DNA of 64,000 nucleotides from Candidatus Woesebacteria bacterium (GTDB lineage Bacteria; Patescibacteriota; Microgenomatia; UBA8517): NCBI GenBank assembly GCA_013374835.1, contig CP055307.1, positions 215,315 to 279,314 of the forward strand, read 5' to 3'. Shown piece by piece: positions 45,358 to 54,279 of this stretch (position 1 is its first letter; each line of letters starts with the position of its first letter). The notes under the pieces were generated by a model. It saw only the letters and a program-made list of their open reading frames with translations, ran no database searches and was not told where the DNA came from. The position numbers and the translations under genes were made by a program.

Positions 45358-46915
45358 ACTTGTTGCGTTTCTTCATGGCTATATGCCAGTAAATAAATGC
45401 TAGAAAAAAGTCGTTAGCCCCTGTGTTTGCCCACTCTCTCTTTATCTGTCCCAGCTTGTCGGTAACTGACCTGGCATACATTGTCTGAGCGTGGTCGATT
45501 AACAACTTGAAGGTTGGGCTGTCTGGACGCATGGCAAACTTTATTTCGTGCTTGTGCAGCGCCGTTATTGTCTCGTCGATAATTTTGGTTCGGGATGCCA
45601 GCACTTTTATTTCGTCCTCCAAGTCTTTTTCCTTGCCTTCTTGCTCATCAAAAAAGCGCACAATTTCGAGCATTTTTGGATCGTCTTTAAACCAGCAGAG
45701 GTAGACCCTGTAAGGGAATTGCCTTGCGAGGTTTAGTGCTTCGACTGTGTAGGGCTGTCCGTCAATTACTGTTACCCTGATGTCGTAAAATTTTATAAGC
45801 TCGGCTGTCTGTTGCCAGCGGTCTGAGCCTTCTTTGTCAGTCAATACGCCCATCCAGAAGATGCCTGTTTTATTGCCAATAATCACATGATTGCCCTTAC
45901 CAGTGCCTGATCCTGTGTCGATGCCCATCACATTGTAGTCTTCAGCTGCTTCGGCTTCTTTGTCGGTCAAGTTGCGCAGGAACAGGCTGGCTGGAATGCG
46001 CTGCTCGGCTGATAAGTAAGGCAATCCCAGGATATAGTTGTAGAAGTAGGTGTCATCTTCAGCGTCTTCTTTCTCTTTGATTAGGTCTGCTGCTGTTCTC
46101 CATGGGCAGTTCATCTGGCTGATCCAGTAGCCTGAGATTGGTCTGCCAGGGTAGCGTGCCTCCCAACTGCCGTATCTGTTTATCTCTTGCGGGGTAATCT
46201 CCTTTTTACACTTCTGGCAGACATAAATACCCCGCTTCTCATCAACATTCTTTTCCCAGTCCATATGCTGGCGGAATGAGCAGTGGGGGCAGTTGAAACG
46301 CCAGTGTTTCTGGTCTGATTGTTCAAATAGCTTGTTGATACCAAAGTCAGGGATGGTGGGAGTGGAGAAGAAGTGCTGCCGTCTTATTTTCGAGTAGCCC
46401 ATACGGGAAGTGTAGTCCCGCACCACTTCCTCTTTTGACTTGTCTAGCTCGTCGTGAATGTTACAATCGCTGGTTAGCATAATGGCTTCTCGCTCGGTAA
46501 AAGTACCTTTGAAGAAGATAAACGATTTGCCCAGCTGCTTTTGTTCTACCGAGTCGATGTCTTTCGGACTAATTCCCCGCTTAATACAGGGGTTCATTTT
46601 TATAATCTGGTTGACTTTGCTCGGCACAAACTTGTAGACATCATCTGTTGTTGGCAGGGTGTAAATCTGGTTGACTCCCAGGTATCTAGCCGTGTGCAGC
46701 ACTTTGAGAATTTCCATTGTGCTTGCACCCACCTGCGAGGCTTTCTGAATTACCTGCACTTGGGTATTGTCCCGATAGATGTCCAGCATAAAGCTGTGGT
46801 CTTCGAACTCAATCGGTAGACCGTTCTCGTTCTTGATCTGGTTGCGCTCGATCCAGTAATCAACACCAGCCTTTTCAAGATTTTTTATGATGGTTTCTGC
46901 GTCGTTGTTCATCAC
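45341..46915 (-). CDS. terL: Terminase large subunit
   Basis: 524 aa. Deviant Walker A VIQKASQVGAST (K-x-RQ-x-G-x-S/T type) and a C-terminal RNaseH-like nuclease region (VIDGQPYT...). Adjacent to the small-subunit candidate. Confidence 0.8.
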   Translation of the reverse strand: MMNNDAETIIKNLEKAGVDYWIERNQIKNENGLPIEFEDHSFMLDIYRDNTQVQVIQKASQVGASTMEILKVLHTARYLGVNQIYTLPTTDDVYKFVPSKVNQIIKMNPCIKRGISPKDIDSVEQKQLGKSFIFFKGTFTEREAIMLTSDCNIHDELDKSKEEVVRDYTSRMGYSKIRRQHFFSTPTIPDFGINKLFEQSDQKHWRFNCPHCSFRQHMDWEKNVDEKRGIYVCQKCKKEITPQEINRYGSWEARYPGRPISGYWISQMNCPWRTAADLIKEKEDAEDDTYFYNYILGLPYLSAEQRIPASLFLRNLTDKEAEAAEDYNVMGIDTGSGTGKGNHVIIGNKTGIFWMGVLTDKEGSDRWQQTAELIKFYDIRVTVIDGQPYTVEALNLARQFPYRVYLCWFKDDPKMLEIVRFFDEQEGKEKDLEDEIKVLASRTKIIDETITALHKHEIKFAMRPDSPTFKLLIDHAQTMYARSVTDKLGQIKREWANTGANDFFLAFIYWHIAMKKRNKYEPNK

Positions 46916-47468
46916 GCTCTTGTCTATAAATCTTTAATAACTTTTCAGTCAGGCTATCGATGATAGGATTTTGCTCCTCTGGGTTTATACCATGTTCGAT
47001 TTGCGTTTTGCCGATAGACTCACCCCATTCGGTACGCATCATCTCCCAGAGGGCTTTGATCTCAGCAACTGTGACAATCTCACCTTTTTGCATTTGCTTT
47101 TTAAGCATTTGTAGCCTTGTCCAAAAGACATCGGTTATCTCGAATCTCTTTTTTTGCCTGATTCTATCGGCTTTGATTTTTAACTCCTCCAATTCCTCAG
47201 CTAATCGCAGGTCGGTTCTTTTTACCCATTGATACTTTTTGCCCCAATCTTTCAGTGTTCTTATGTTGACTGGCTTACCAAGATTTTCTGTAAAAATTGG
47301 TGGTATTTCAGTGGTAGTTCGGTGGTATATCGCAATCCACATCCGTAGCGTCTTTTCGTAGCTGCCCGCTTCGCAGTAAAGAAGCCATGCCGTATACTCC
47401 CTTTGCCTTTCGCCAGGCATCTTTGAAGTGCTTAAGTTTGGTTGTATTTTTACTTGTTGTCTACTCAT
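46875..47468 (-). CDS. terS: Putative terminase small subunit
   Basis: 197 aa with an N-terminal HTH-like region. Overlaps the terL start. Position only. Confidence 0.4.
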   Translation of the reverse strand: MSRQQVKIQPNLSTSKMPGERQREYTAWLLYCEAGSYEKTLRMWIAIYHRTTTEIPPIFTENLGKPVNIRTLKDWGKKYQWVKRTDLRLAEELEELKIKADRIRQKKRFEITDVFWTRLQMLKKQMQKGEIVTVAEIKALWEMMRTEWGESIGKTQIEHGINPEEQNPIIDSLTEKLLKIYRQERDEQRRRNHHKKS

Positions 47469-47523
47469 ATGTTTTTATAGGTTGTTGTATTCCACTTGAC
47501 CTTGAATCGCCCCTCCTGGGGCA

Positions 47524-48822
47524 TTACACAGCGTCGACAAGGCTAGGAAACTGCTGGTTTTCATTATTTTTTAGCCTTTCTGCTCGTTTTCTGATCAAAT
47601 CGCAGAACTTCGGGTCGAGTTCCATTAAGTAACAAATACGCCCCAGTTTGTGTGCTGCTATCAGTGTTGACCCGCTTCCGCCGAATAAATCCACCACCAA
47701 CTGTCCGACACGACTCCCACCCCTTAGTGCTTTCATAATCAGCCACTCTGGTTTCTCTGTTGGGTGAACCATCTCAGTGATTGCTTTGCGGGGGAACTCC
47801 CAGACATCGCTTTCGTTAGCATCGCCTTCAAAGTGATGGCGCTCTCCCTGTTTCCAACCGTATAGAATTGGTTCGGCTTTGCTTTTACCTGCCCTTCGCA
47901 GCCCCTTCATCACTTGCTCATATTGTTTTTTATAATCTCCCCAGCCGATGGCAAAGCTCGGTTTGACCCAGACTATTGTTGAACTGAATTCAAAGCCTGC
48001 GTTCAGCATTTGATAGTAAAATAGGGGGTATGAGCTGTAGCCCGTGCAGACATAAATCACCCCGCCAGGTTTTAAGATGTCGCTGTAGTTCTTGAAAAAT
48101 GCACTAGTGAAGGCTCGGAATTCCTCCTGACTTTGGTCATCTCCTAGAATTGTGCCTTTCTCTGTGTGGAATTTACCTTTCTTTTCTCTGCTAGTGTGAG
48201 CGACATTATAGGGAGGATCGGTGAAAACCATATCGGCTTTCTTGCCGTCCATCAGTTTTGCCACATCCTCTGGCTTGGTAGCATCTCCGCACATGAGGCG
48301 GTGCTTGCCCAACTGATAAACCTCTCCATATTTTGAGATTGGCTCAGTTATCTTTGCCAACTCTTTTTCCGTATCCCAGGGTTCTTCCTCTGGCAAGTCA
48401 AGGAGCATAGTTGTATCGAGGAGATTACTTATCTCCACTTCATTAAAGCCAGTCACCGATAAATCAAAGTCCACTTTTGCCAGGTCAGTCATCACAGCTG
48501 CCAGCTTTGCATCGTCCCACCTGTCCTCGATTTTGTTTAGTGCCAGGTTTAGCGCTTTCTCCTCAGCCAGTGGGAGGTTGACTGCGATGTATGGAATGTC
48601 GCTCATACCCAGCTCTGTCGCTGCCCGCACTCGTTTTTCTCCACCAACTACAACATTTTCTCTGCCTTTATAAGTGTTAACCACTATCGGCACAACACTA
48701 CCGAATCGTTTAATTGACTTTTTCAGCGATTCGATCACGCTCCTGGTGATTTGCCTGGGATTGTATTCGGCAAATCGTAGCGTGCTTATCGGAATGGTTG
48801 GGTATTTTATTTCGTTAGCCAT
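47524..48822 (-). CDS. ParB-like nuclease domain fused to a DNA N6-adenine/N4-cytosine methyltransferase
   Basis: N-terminal ParB/Srx motif (RFGSVVPIVVN...GGEKRVRAATELG). C-terminal MTase motif IV DPPY (MVFTDPPYNVAH) and motif I VVDLFGGSGST. Confidence 0.8.
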   Translation of the reverse strand: MANEIKYPTIPISTLRFAEYNPRQITRSVIESLKKSIKRFGSVVPIVVNTYKGRENVVVGGEKRVRAATELGMSDIPYIAVNLPLAEEKALNLALNKIEDRWDDAKLAAVMTDLAKVDFDLSVTGFNEVEISNLLDTTMLLDLPEEEPWDTEKELAKITEPISKYGEVYQLGKHRLMCGDATKPEDVAKLMDGKKADMVFTDPPYNVAHTSREKKGKFHTEKGTILGDDQSQEEFRAFTSAFFKNYSDILKPGGVIYVCTGYSSYPLFYYQMLNAGFEFSSTIVWVKPSFAIGWGDYKKQYEQVMKGLRRAGKSKAEPILYGWKQGERHHFEGDANESDVWEFPRKAITEMVHPTEKPEWLIMKALRGGSRVGQLVVDLFGGSGSTLIAAHKLGRICYLMELDPKFCDLIRKRAERLKNNENQQFPSLVDAV

Positions 48823-48959
48823 ATTTTCTTAGGAATTTAGTAATTACTCGCACCAACCAAAGCCAGAGGCGCTCCCGCCAGCCTAACCCTTCTTTGGTTA
48901 TTGGCTCGATCTCCCGCTTTTTCTGCTCATCCTGCAGGTGAGGGGAGATATAATCCTCT

Positions 48960-49178
48960 TTAAGTAACGGTTTGATTGGCTTGATGTTTATCATAGGTTG
49001 CCTGTTGAATCCGCTTTAGCTCCCTTGCAAGTTCATCACGCTGTGGGGAGTTGAGCGCTTTATAATTTCGTTTGACCACCTTAATAGGCAGTCCAGCACT
49101 TCGTGCCAGCCTTCGCATTAACTTAATCTTTTTTTGATTCATGGCGTTTTTTTCTCCTGCTAACTTTGTAACCAGCAC
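48960..49178 (-). CDS. Hypothetical small basic protein
   Basis: 72-aa ORF. Confidence 0.3.
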   Translation of the reverse strand: MLVTKLAGEKNAMNQKKIKLMRRLARSAGLPIKVVKRNYKALNSPQRDELARELKRIQQATYDKHQANQTVT

Positions 49179-49329
49179 CTTCGGCGCAGTCCCTACAAAT
49201 TCTCGCTTTGTAAGTTACTTCCGCCAGTCGTTTGCCGTTTTCGATAGGAGTCTCGGTAACAGTCACACTGTAGGACTTATAAAGCCCTACGATTTTGCTG
49301 CACCCCACGCATCTGACTACTTGCTTCAC
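49123..49329 (-). CDS. Small zinc-ribbon protein
   Basis: CVGCSKIVG ... CRDCAEGAG (two CxxC pairs). 68 aa. Confidence 0.35.
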   Translation of the reverse strand: MKQVVRCVGCSKIVGLYKSYSVTVTETPIENGKRLAEVTYKARICRDCAEGAGYKVSRRKKRHESKKD

Positions 49330-49613
49330 GGATTCTCACCTCCTTTCTCGATTTCTTCTTTGAATAAATCTTTGGTCTGTTGGATTAAGTCCTCGATGAT
49401 GGGCAGCTTTTCAAACGCCGACTTACCTTCGATTGCTCGAAGGAACTCATATATTAGCTTTCTTAGTTTTGTGTCTATATTTGCCATGTTTCTTAGTAAT
49501 CCTTTCAATACTGAGGGCGAGACCTGTCCCACCCCCAGGGGTGAGAGGATTACTCTTTTTTTGGCTTCGCCTCTGCCTCCTCTTTCTTTTCTAGCTTTCT
49601 CAGCTCCTCCCAA
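49326..49613 (-). CDS. Hypothetical protein
   Basis: 95-aa ORF. Confidence 0.3.
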   Translation of the reverse strand: MGGAEKARKERGGRGEAKKRVILSPLGVGQVSPSVLKGLLRNMANIDTKLRKLIYEFLRAIEGKSAFEKLPIIEDLIQQTKDLFKEEIEKGGENP

Positions 49614-49674
49614 TCCTTCTCAGTCATGTCTTCTTTTTTACGAAGTTCTTCAAGGCGCTTTTTTTCTGCATCGG

Positions 49675-49908
49675 TCATTTGCTATCACCTCCTTCTTTGG
49701 CGATTAACTTTTTAGTAATCTCAATCATCTTTGCTATTTTTTTCAGGTTGATTTCCTCCTGCACCAGTGCATCCTGCTTAGTTTTCTGCATAATGCCCCA
49801 AGGCTGGCTTGGGTCTAGCTCGCTTATAAAGGCGTGGTTGACCTCACGGATTACCAGCTCCTGTTCAAGTTTGTCTAGGAATTTTTCTAAGCGCTGTTTT
49901 TTGGTCAT
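49675..49908 (-). CDS. Hypothetical protein
   Basis: 77-aa ORF. Confidence 0.3.
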   Translation of the reverse strand: MTKKQRLEKFLDKLEQELVIREVNHAFISELDPSQPWGIMQKTKQDALVQEEINLKKIAKMIEITKKLIAKEGGDSK

Positions 49909-49969
49909 AGGTTTTTATCTTTCAATTTCTCCTGCAGCCTCTTTGTTAACAAAAGTTTCCTGGTCTACC

Positions 49970-50449
49970 TCAATCTGTTTTTTGGTTTTCAGGTCGACTA
50001 AGACATAAACATCTTTGCCGTTGGCATCCTTGCGTTTGCCCTCGAAATGGTATTTTGGTTTTTTGTTTGCCATGTTCACTCACCTCCTTTACGAGTTTTA
50101 ATTCTGGTTTGTAAGTAACTCCTGTTATTTCGAAGACCTTTGTGCCTTCCCGCAGCTCGTCATCCTCATACCACTCTCGGATTTTCGCCTCTGCTGCCTC
50201 CAGGCTCTTGAATTCCTGGGTTGAGATGGTATATCTCTTCTTGCTGACCTCTCTCTGGCTTCCGAGTTTGTCCAGCGCCTTCATGAGAGCCGTTGCCAGC
50301 ACCTTTCGCTGTTTTAAGAGATGCTGATGGTCGCCATCCCAGAGGCGCTCAGCGAAGACAAAGAGCAGGTCAATATCCTTTTTTGTCAGCGTGCCGAATG
50401 CTTCTTTGGTTGGTATTGCTTTTGGTTGTGTTTTAGGCATGGTTGTCAC
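49970..50449 (-). CDS. Hypothetical protein
   Basis: 159-aa ORF. Confidence 0.35.
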   Translation of the reverse strand: MTTMPKTQPKAIPTKEAFGTLTKKDIDLLFVFAERLWDGDHQHLLKQRKVLATALMKALDKLGSQREVSKKRYTISTQEFKSLEAAEAKIREWYEDDELREGTKVFEITGVTYKPELKLVKEVSEHGKQKTKIPFRGQTQGCQRQRCLCLSRPENQKTD

Positions 50450-50765
50450 CTCCTTTTATTTCCTCGATAATAAAATCGCCTTTCTTTTTATCCCAATGCC
50501 AGTATTCTTTTCTGGTATGGGGCGGGTTGGGGAACTGCAGCATATCTATCTGGTCGGCTTTCGGTTTCTGGCTGAAGTATTTCTCAGCGACCTGTATAAA
50601 CCTAATCTCTTTGGCGTTAACCGCACAAAAGTCCCAAATGCCCCAGAGGTCGTGGCGGATCGTTATAAAGCCCTTCTTTGTTCGCAGGGTTTTGTTGATC
50701 GGCTGCTCGACTTGGTAGCCTGCAACCCTTAGTCTGTCGAACGCTCTTTTTTCTGTTTTGTTCAT
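50433..50765 (-). CDS. Hypothetical protein, possible PD-(D/E)xK-fold nuclease (resolvase-like)
   Basis: DLWGIWDFCAV...IRFIQVAEK could be read as a D...(E/Q)xK-like motif. Weak. Confidence 0.3.
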   Translation of the reverse strand: MNKTEKRAFDRLRVAGYQVEQPINKTLRTKKGFITIRHDLWGIWDFCAVNAKEIRFIQVAEKYFSQKPKADQIDMLQFPNPPHTRKEYWHWDKKKGDFIIEEIKGGDNHA

Positions 50766-51106
50766 AGGCTTTTTTGATTTCTAAACATCTCTGTCATTTG
50801 AATTTGCCGTGATTTCCTGGCTGCCAGGACATCTGGATCGGGTCGGTAGGGGTAGGTAAGTTTGCTACCCTCTGGTGTCGATATGATCTTGCTCACATTC
50901 TTCAAGTCTCGATGCGCCCTGGAGATTGTCTCTGGCGAGGGGCAGTGCCACTTCGTGTAGGCAATCAGAGCTTCTGGGATTTTTGCCCCGCATGCCTGCC
51001 ATACCCTCAGCACCATTTCGTTATAGTTATTCTTTGCCTCTGGGTGTTCATCCAACACCGCACGAAGCAGGTCTTGAATTGATTTGTAGGTGTAGGTTTT
51101 GCTCAT
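50762..51106 (-). CDS. Hypothetical protein
   Basis: 114-aa ORF. Confidence 0.35.
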   Translation of the reverse strand: MSKTYTYKSIQDLLRAVLDEHPEAKNNYNEMVLRVWQACGAKIPEALIAYTKWHCPSPETISRAHRDLKNVSKIISTPEGSKLTYPYRPDPDVLAARKSRQIQMTEMFRNQKSL

Positions 51107-52056
51107 ATGTTATTACTGGCAAAGGCTAATTCTTTTGCTTTTCTCCAGCTCCCAAACCTTTTTTCGTAAGTTGACTTGCTGTATAGAATCCCCCTGGCAA
51201 TGTCTGAGTAGGAGGGGCGTCGTTTGTATACTTCAGCAAATTTTTTTAGGCTTCCGAGAAGCTGCTGGTCGGTGAATGTTTTTCTGCCATATCTGCTTTG
51301 GTAGACATATCCCTGCATCGCTAAAATTCTTCTGACCTCTGCCACTGATCCAAAATTTCTTATAATAGCCCCTCGGATGTTTGTGCCTCGGTCACCAATC
51401 ATTTCGTGGGTGTAAGGTTGTCTACCTAGCTTTTTACTGATTCTTATCAACCTCTCGATAATCTGAAGTGAACATAACCCCAATTTATTTTTACCTTCTA
51501 ATGTTTGGTGATTTCTCTCTCTCCATTTTGAGTTGCGGTTTTTCCCATTTTTTGACATTCTGACAAGTTTTTCCCCGTTTTTTTTCAATCGCTCCCAGGG
51601 GTAGGTCATCGCCCTCCGCACTAACTGTTCTCGGACTTTTTCTGAACAAAGTGCCGTAGTCCAATTTAATTTGAATTGTTTTCTATACTCATCTGCTGAT
51701 AGCTTATGAGTTCCCCTAATATGGTTTTGCAGCCAATGAAACCAACCTCCGCAAATATGGCATTGCACCTCTCCTGTCTTGTTATCACAAAGCAAGACTC
51801 CTTCGTATCCATATCCGTTCTCAACTTTATAAAATGGCTTGTAATAGTTGATGTTGGTTGGAAATCCAATATCCCTCTTTTGCCCCTGGGATTCCTTTAT
51901 TTTCTTCTCAAGCACTTTACGTCGCCATTTTCTAACCGAGGCGTTGTGGGCTTTCTTTCTGCATCGTTGGCAGTATGTTTGGTTTTTTCGATAATGAGTC
52001 GTTTTAATCGCTATTCCACATTTTTTACATTGGTCATTTATGATTTTGCCTTTCAT
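51103..52056 (-). CDS. Zinc-ribbon + MucR/Ros-type C2H2-like zinc-finger protein with two C-terminal HNH/homing-endonuclease-associated repeats
   Basis: N-terminal CKKCG...CQRCRKK ribbon. VQCHICGGWFHWLQNHIRGTHKLSADEYRKQFKL matches the Ros/MucR CxxCGxxFKxLxRHLxxxHxxxPxEYRxKWxL pattern. C-terminal ...NFGSVAEV... and ...YEKRFGSWRKAKELA repeats. Confidence 0.55.
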   Translation of the reverse strand: MKGKIINDQCKKCGIAIKTTHYRKNQTYCQRCRKKAHNASVRKWRRKVLEKKIKESQGQKRDIGFPTNINYYKPFYKVENGYGYEGVLLCDNKTGEVQCHICGGWFHWLQNHIRGTHKLSADEYRKQFKLNWTTALCSEKVREQLVRRAMTYPWERLKKNGEKLVRMSKNGKNRNSKWRERNHQTLEGKNKLGLCSLQIIERLIRISKKLGRQPYTHEMIGDRGTNIRGAIIRNFGSVAEVRRILAMQGYVYQSRYGRKTFTDQQLLGSLKKFAEVYKRRPSYSDIARGILYSKSTYEKRFGSWRKAKELAFASNNI

Positions 52057-52778
52057 TGTCGCCCTCCTTTCTCCAGCGCTCTTTCGTTGGCTCTGATTAA
52101 AATCTCAATAACCTCTTTGTTTGTTCCCGATGCTGTTTCCAGGCGCTTTTTTAGTTCCTCTAGGTTGTTCTGGATTTCTTCTTTACCCTTGTCTCCTGGT
52201 AGGTATTTGGTTAGGTCTTCCATAGCTCTGATGAACTCCCGATCCTGAAGATCGGTGATGACTCCTTGAACGACTGCCACCCACTTTTGCGTCTGGCAAC
52301 CTGAATTTGAGGGGCAATAACTGTTTGCCAGATCCTCGATTCGACCTGTTTGGCGGTATCGACTGTAAGCAGGTGCTGTTGCGATTCCTTCGGCGACTGA
52401 TTGGCATCCAGCTTCAAGCGAGGAATGTCGAACTTTGCAGCTTGCCCAGCCCCAGGCGTTGCCTCCACACGCATTCTTTCCAAAGCTGCTTTCGATTGCT
52501 GTGATACCCACGAGTAAATACGGATCAATGCCGTTGTCGCTCCCGCAATTAACAAAGACATTAGCTTTGCCAGTGAGCGGACTGCCTTCTTCAGCCAACC
52601 GCCCAGCCACGATCTCAATGCGTGGATCGGGTAGAGGGGTAGGGGTCGGTTCAGCAGTCGGCTGAGTCGTCTCATTGCTTTTCTGTATTGCTGGTGTGCG
52701 GTTTTTGTCATAGGTTACTTTGGCTGTTATGCCCGCTATTGTCAGGATGGTTAGTAAAATCAAGATTGCTTTTTTCAT
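52053..52778 (-). CDS. Secreted lysozyme-like peptidoglycan hydrolase (SLT/GH73-like)
   Basis: Signal peptide. GIDPYLLVGITAIESSFGKNACGGNAWGW resembles the catalytic-Glu segment of lytic transglycosylases and GH73 glucosaminidases. Confidence 0.45.
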   Translation of the reverse strand: MKKAILILLTILTIAGITAKVTYDKNRTPAIQKSNETTQPTAEPTPTPLPDPRIEIVAGRLAEEGSPLTGKANVFVNCGSDNGIDPYLLVGITAIESSFGKNACGGNAWGWASCKVRHSSLEAGCQSVAEGIATAPAYSRYRQTGRIEDLANSYCPSNSGCQTQKWVAVVQGVITDLQDREFIRAMEDLTKYLPGDKGKEEIQNNLEELKKRLETASGTNKEVIEILIRANERALEKGGRQ

Positions 52779-52789
52779 AGGTGGTCATG

Positions 52790-53596
52790 CTAAATTTTTT
52801 CTTCGGCGTATTTGTTCATGCGGAAGGTAAAGACCTTCGCAGGATCGTTTGCATCGTCGGCTTTTATTTCTGATAAGGCTTGGCGGATTACACTCTCTGG
52901 GACTTTAGAAGCGACCAAGTAGTAGAAGCGCTCTGAGTGTTTGTCTTTTAAGACCTTGAGGATTTCGTCTTTGATGTAGTCCTTTTGCTCCTGGGGCATG
53001 GGGAGTGTGGGTAGTTTTTTGAAGATACTTTTATTACCGTTTGTAACGGTTTTTTGTTTATTTATTCTTTGTCTATTTATCTTTTGTCCTTGCTCTTTAG
53101 CTAATCCCCCCCTTGCTCTTTGGCAACCCCCCTCCCTGTTCTTTGACAACCCCCCCCATGTAAAAACTGGGTAGATAAAGCGGTGCGTTCCTGATTTGTC
53201 TCTCTTGACTTCGATCCTGATCTTGCCCTTTTCAGCCAGCTCCCTGAGCGGTCTGTTTACTGATTTCTCAGCTACTCCGATGGTGCGAGCTAGGTATCTG
53301 TTTGTGGCGTAGCAGAAGCCTGATTGCCTACTTAGTGCGATGACTCCGCCATAGAGGATTTTTGCCAGTTGTGATAGGTCTTGACTCTGGAGGATTTCAA
53401 TCGGAATTACTACAAAAAAGCTCGACTCGCTTCGCCCGATCTCCAGCCCCGCTTTATAAGTCTGCTGGATTAAATCGAGGACTGCTGCCAGCTGCTCGCC
53501 TTTGAACATTGGCAGGTATTTATCGACCAAGTCGTTTGGGACGGCTGTCGAATTATCTGGAGTAAGTTTTCTTTGATCGATAATCTTATCTGTCAT
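52790..53596 (-). CDS. Putative replication initiator (winged-HTH N-terminal domain), lambda O-like organisation
   Basis: N-terminal HTH (NRYLARTIGVAEKSVNRPLRELAEKGKI). A central low-complexity linker is encoded by the iteron region. Adjacent to the Rad52-like SSAP. Confidence 0.45.
   Translation of the reverse strand: MTDKIIDQRKLTPDNSTAVPNDLVDKYLPMFKGEQLAAVLDLIQQTYKAGLEIGRSESSFFVVIPIEILQSQDLSQLAKILYGGVIALSRQSGFCYATNRYLARTIGVAEKSVNRPLRELAEKGKIRIEVKRDKSGTHRFIYPVFTWGGLSKNREGGCQRARGGLAKEQGQKINRQRINKQKTVTNGNKSIFKKLPTLPMPQEQKDYIKDEILKVLKDKHSERFYYLVASKVPESVIRQALSEIKADDANDPAKVFTFRMNKYAEEKI
53040..53160. promoter_or_regulatory. Putative phage replication origin: three ~22-bp iterons (C)TTGCTCTTTGGCAACCCCCC next to an AT-rich tract, inside the initiator gene
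   Basis: CTTGCTCTTTAGCTAATCCCCCCC (53089..53112), CTTGCTCTTTGGCAACCCCCCT (53113..53134), CCCTGTTCTTTGACAACCCCCCC (53134..53157). Each has a TTGC/GCAA or TTGT/ACAA dyad. The adjacent 53041..53088 is AT-rich. Confidence 0.45.
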
Positions 53597-54279
53597 GGTG
53601 TTTGCCCTCCTTCGTCTCCTGAGAATGCTTCCATCTCCTCGATAAATCTGGTTAGGTCTTCGATGCTGATGTCGTTGAATGACTCAACCTGGTAGCGCTT
53701 TTTGGCTTTTTGTTTGGCGTCTTCGCCTTCGAAGCCCAGCTTTTTTGCGACGGCGAAGTATTTCTGTTGGACTATACGCAGAAGTGATTCCCTAGTGCCG
53801 TTTTCTACATCTACTACTGTTGGCATTTCATCGTAGAGTTGTTGTTCTTTGAAGAAGACATCGGCTGCTATTCCAAACATTGAGGCGCATTTCTTGATGC
53901 AGTCGCTTACAGCTGCTTTGAGATCGTTGGCAATGTCGACCACTTCTCCTGTATCTCTGCGGAATTTAATGTCTGCACCCCCGAAGGTTTCTTTGGTTAT
54001 AGTGAAGTTGGTTTTATAGTCTTTGACCGTCAGTTGTCCCTGCACCCATATCTGTTTTTTACCCACCTGCTTGTCGACCACTTTAAATTCCCAGAATGCG
54101 CCGAAGGCTCGATTCAGCTCGTTGATGATGTAGCCGACCTCTACATACCTGACTGGTTTTCCGCCTGCTCCTGGTCTGGTTTTGATAAACTTCGCAGGTG
54201 TCTTGGTGGCAAACAATCGGTTCACTGTTTGCGTCAGCTCTGTCTTTTGGATTGTGGTCAGCTCGTTATTTTTCGTCAT
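53593..54279 (-). CDS. Rad52/Sak-family single-strand annealing protein
   Basis: FIKTRPGAGGKPVRYVEVGYIINELNRAFGAFWEF matches the Rad52 N-terminal signature (G.GG..v.Y#eg..#i..aN..FG..GW). Confidence 0.6.
   Translation of the reverse strand: MTKNNELTTIQKTELTQTVNRLFATKTPAKFIKTRPGAGGKPVRYVEVGYIINELNRAFGAFWEFKVVDKQVGKKQIWVQGQLTVKDYKTNFTITKETFGGADIKFRRDTGEVVDIANDLKAAVSDCIKKCASMFGIAADVFFKEQQLYDEMPTVVDVENGTRESLLRIVQQKYFAVAKKLGFEGEDAKQKAKKRYQVESFNDISIEDLTRFIEEMEAFSGDEGGQTP

Noticed and set aside
52211-52711. 166-aa minus-strand ORF overlapping the lysozyme-like gene in another frame
   Set aside because: It is basic and low-complexity with no motif. The 241-aa frame has a signal peptide and the SLT/GH73-like catalytic segment.
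53040-53160. Possibility that the C-rich tandem repeats are a CRISPR-like array or simple slippage
   Set aside because: The repeat units are contiguous with no spacers and lie within a coding frame. An iteron origin fits better.
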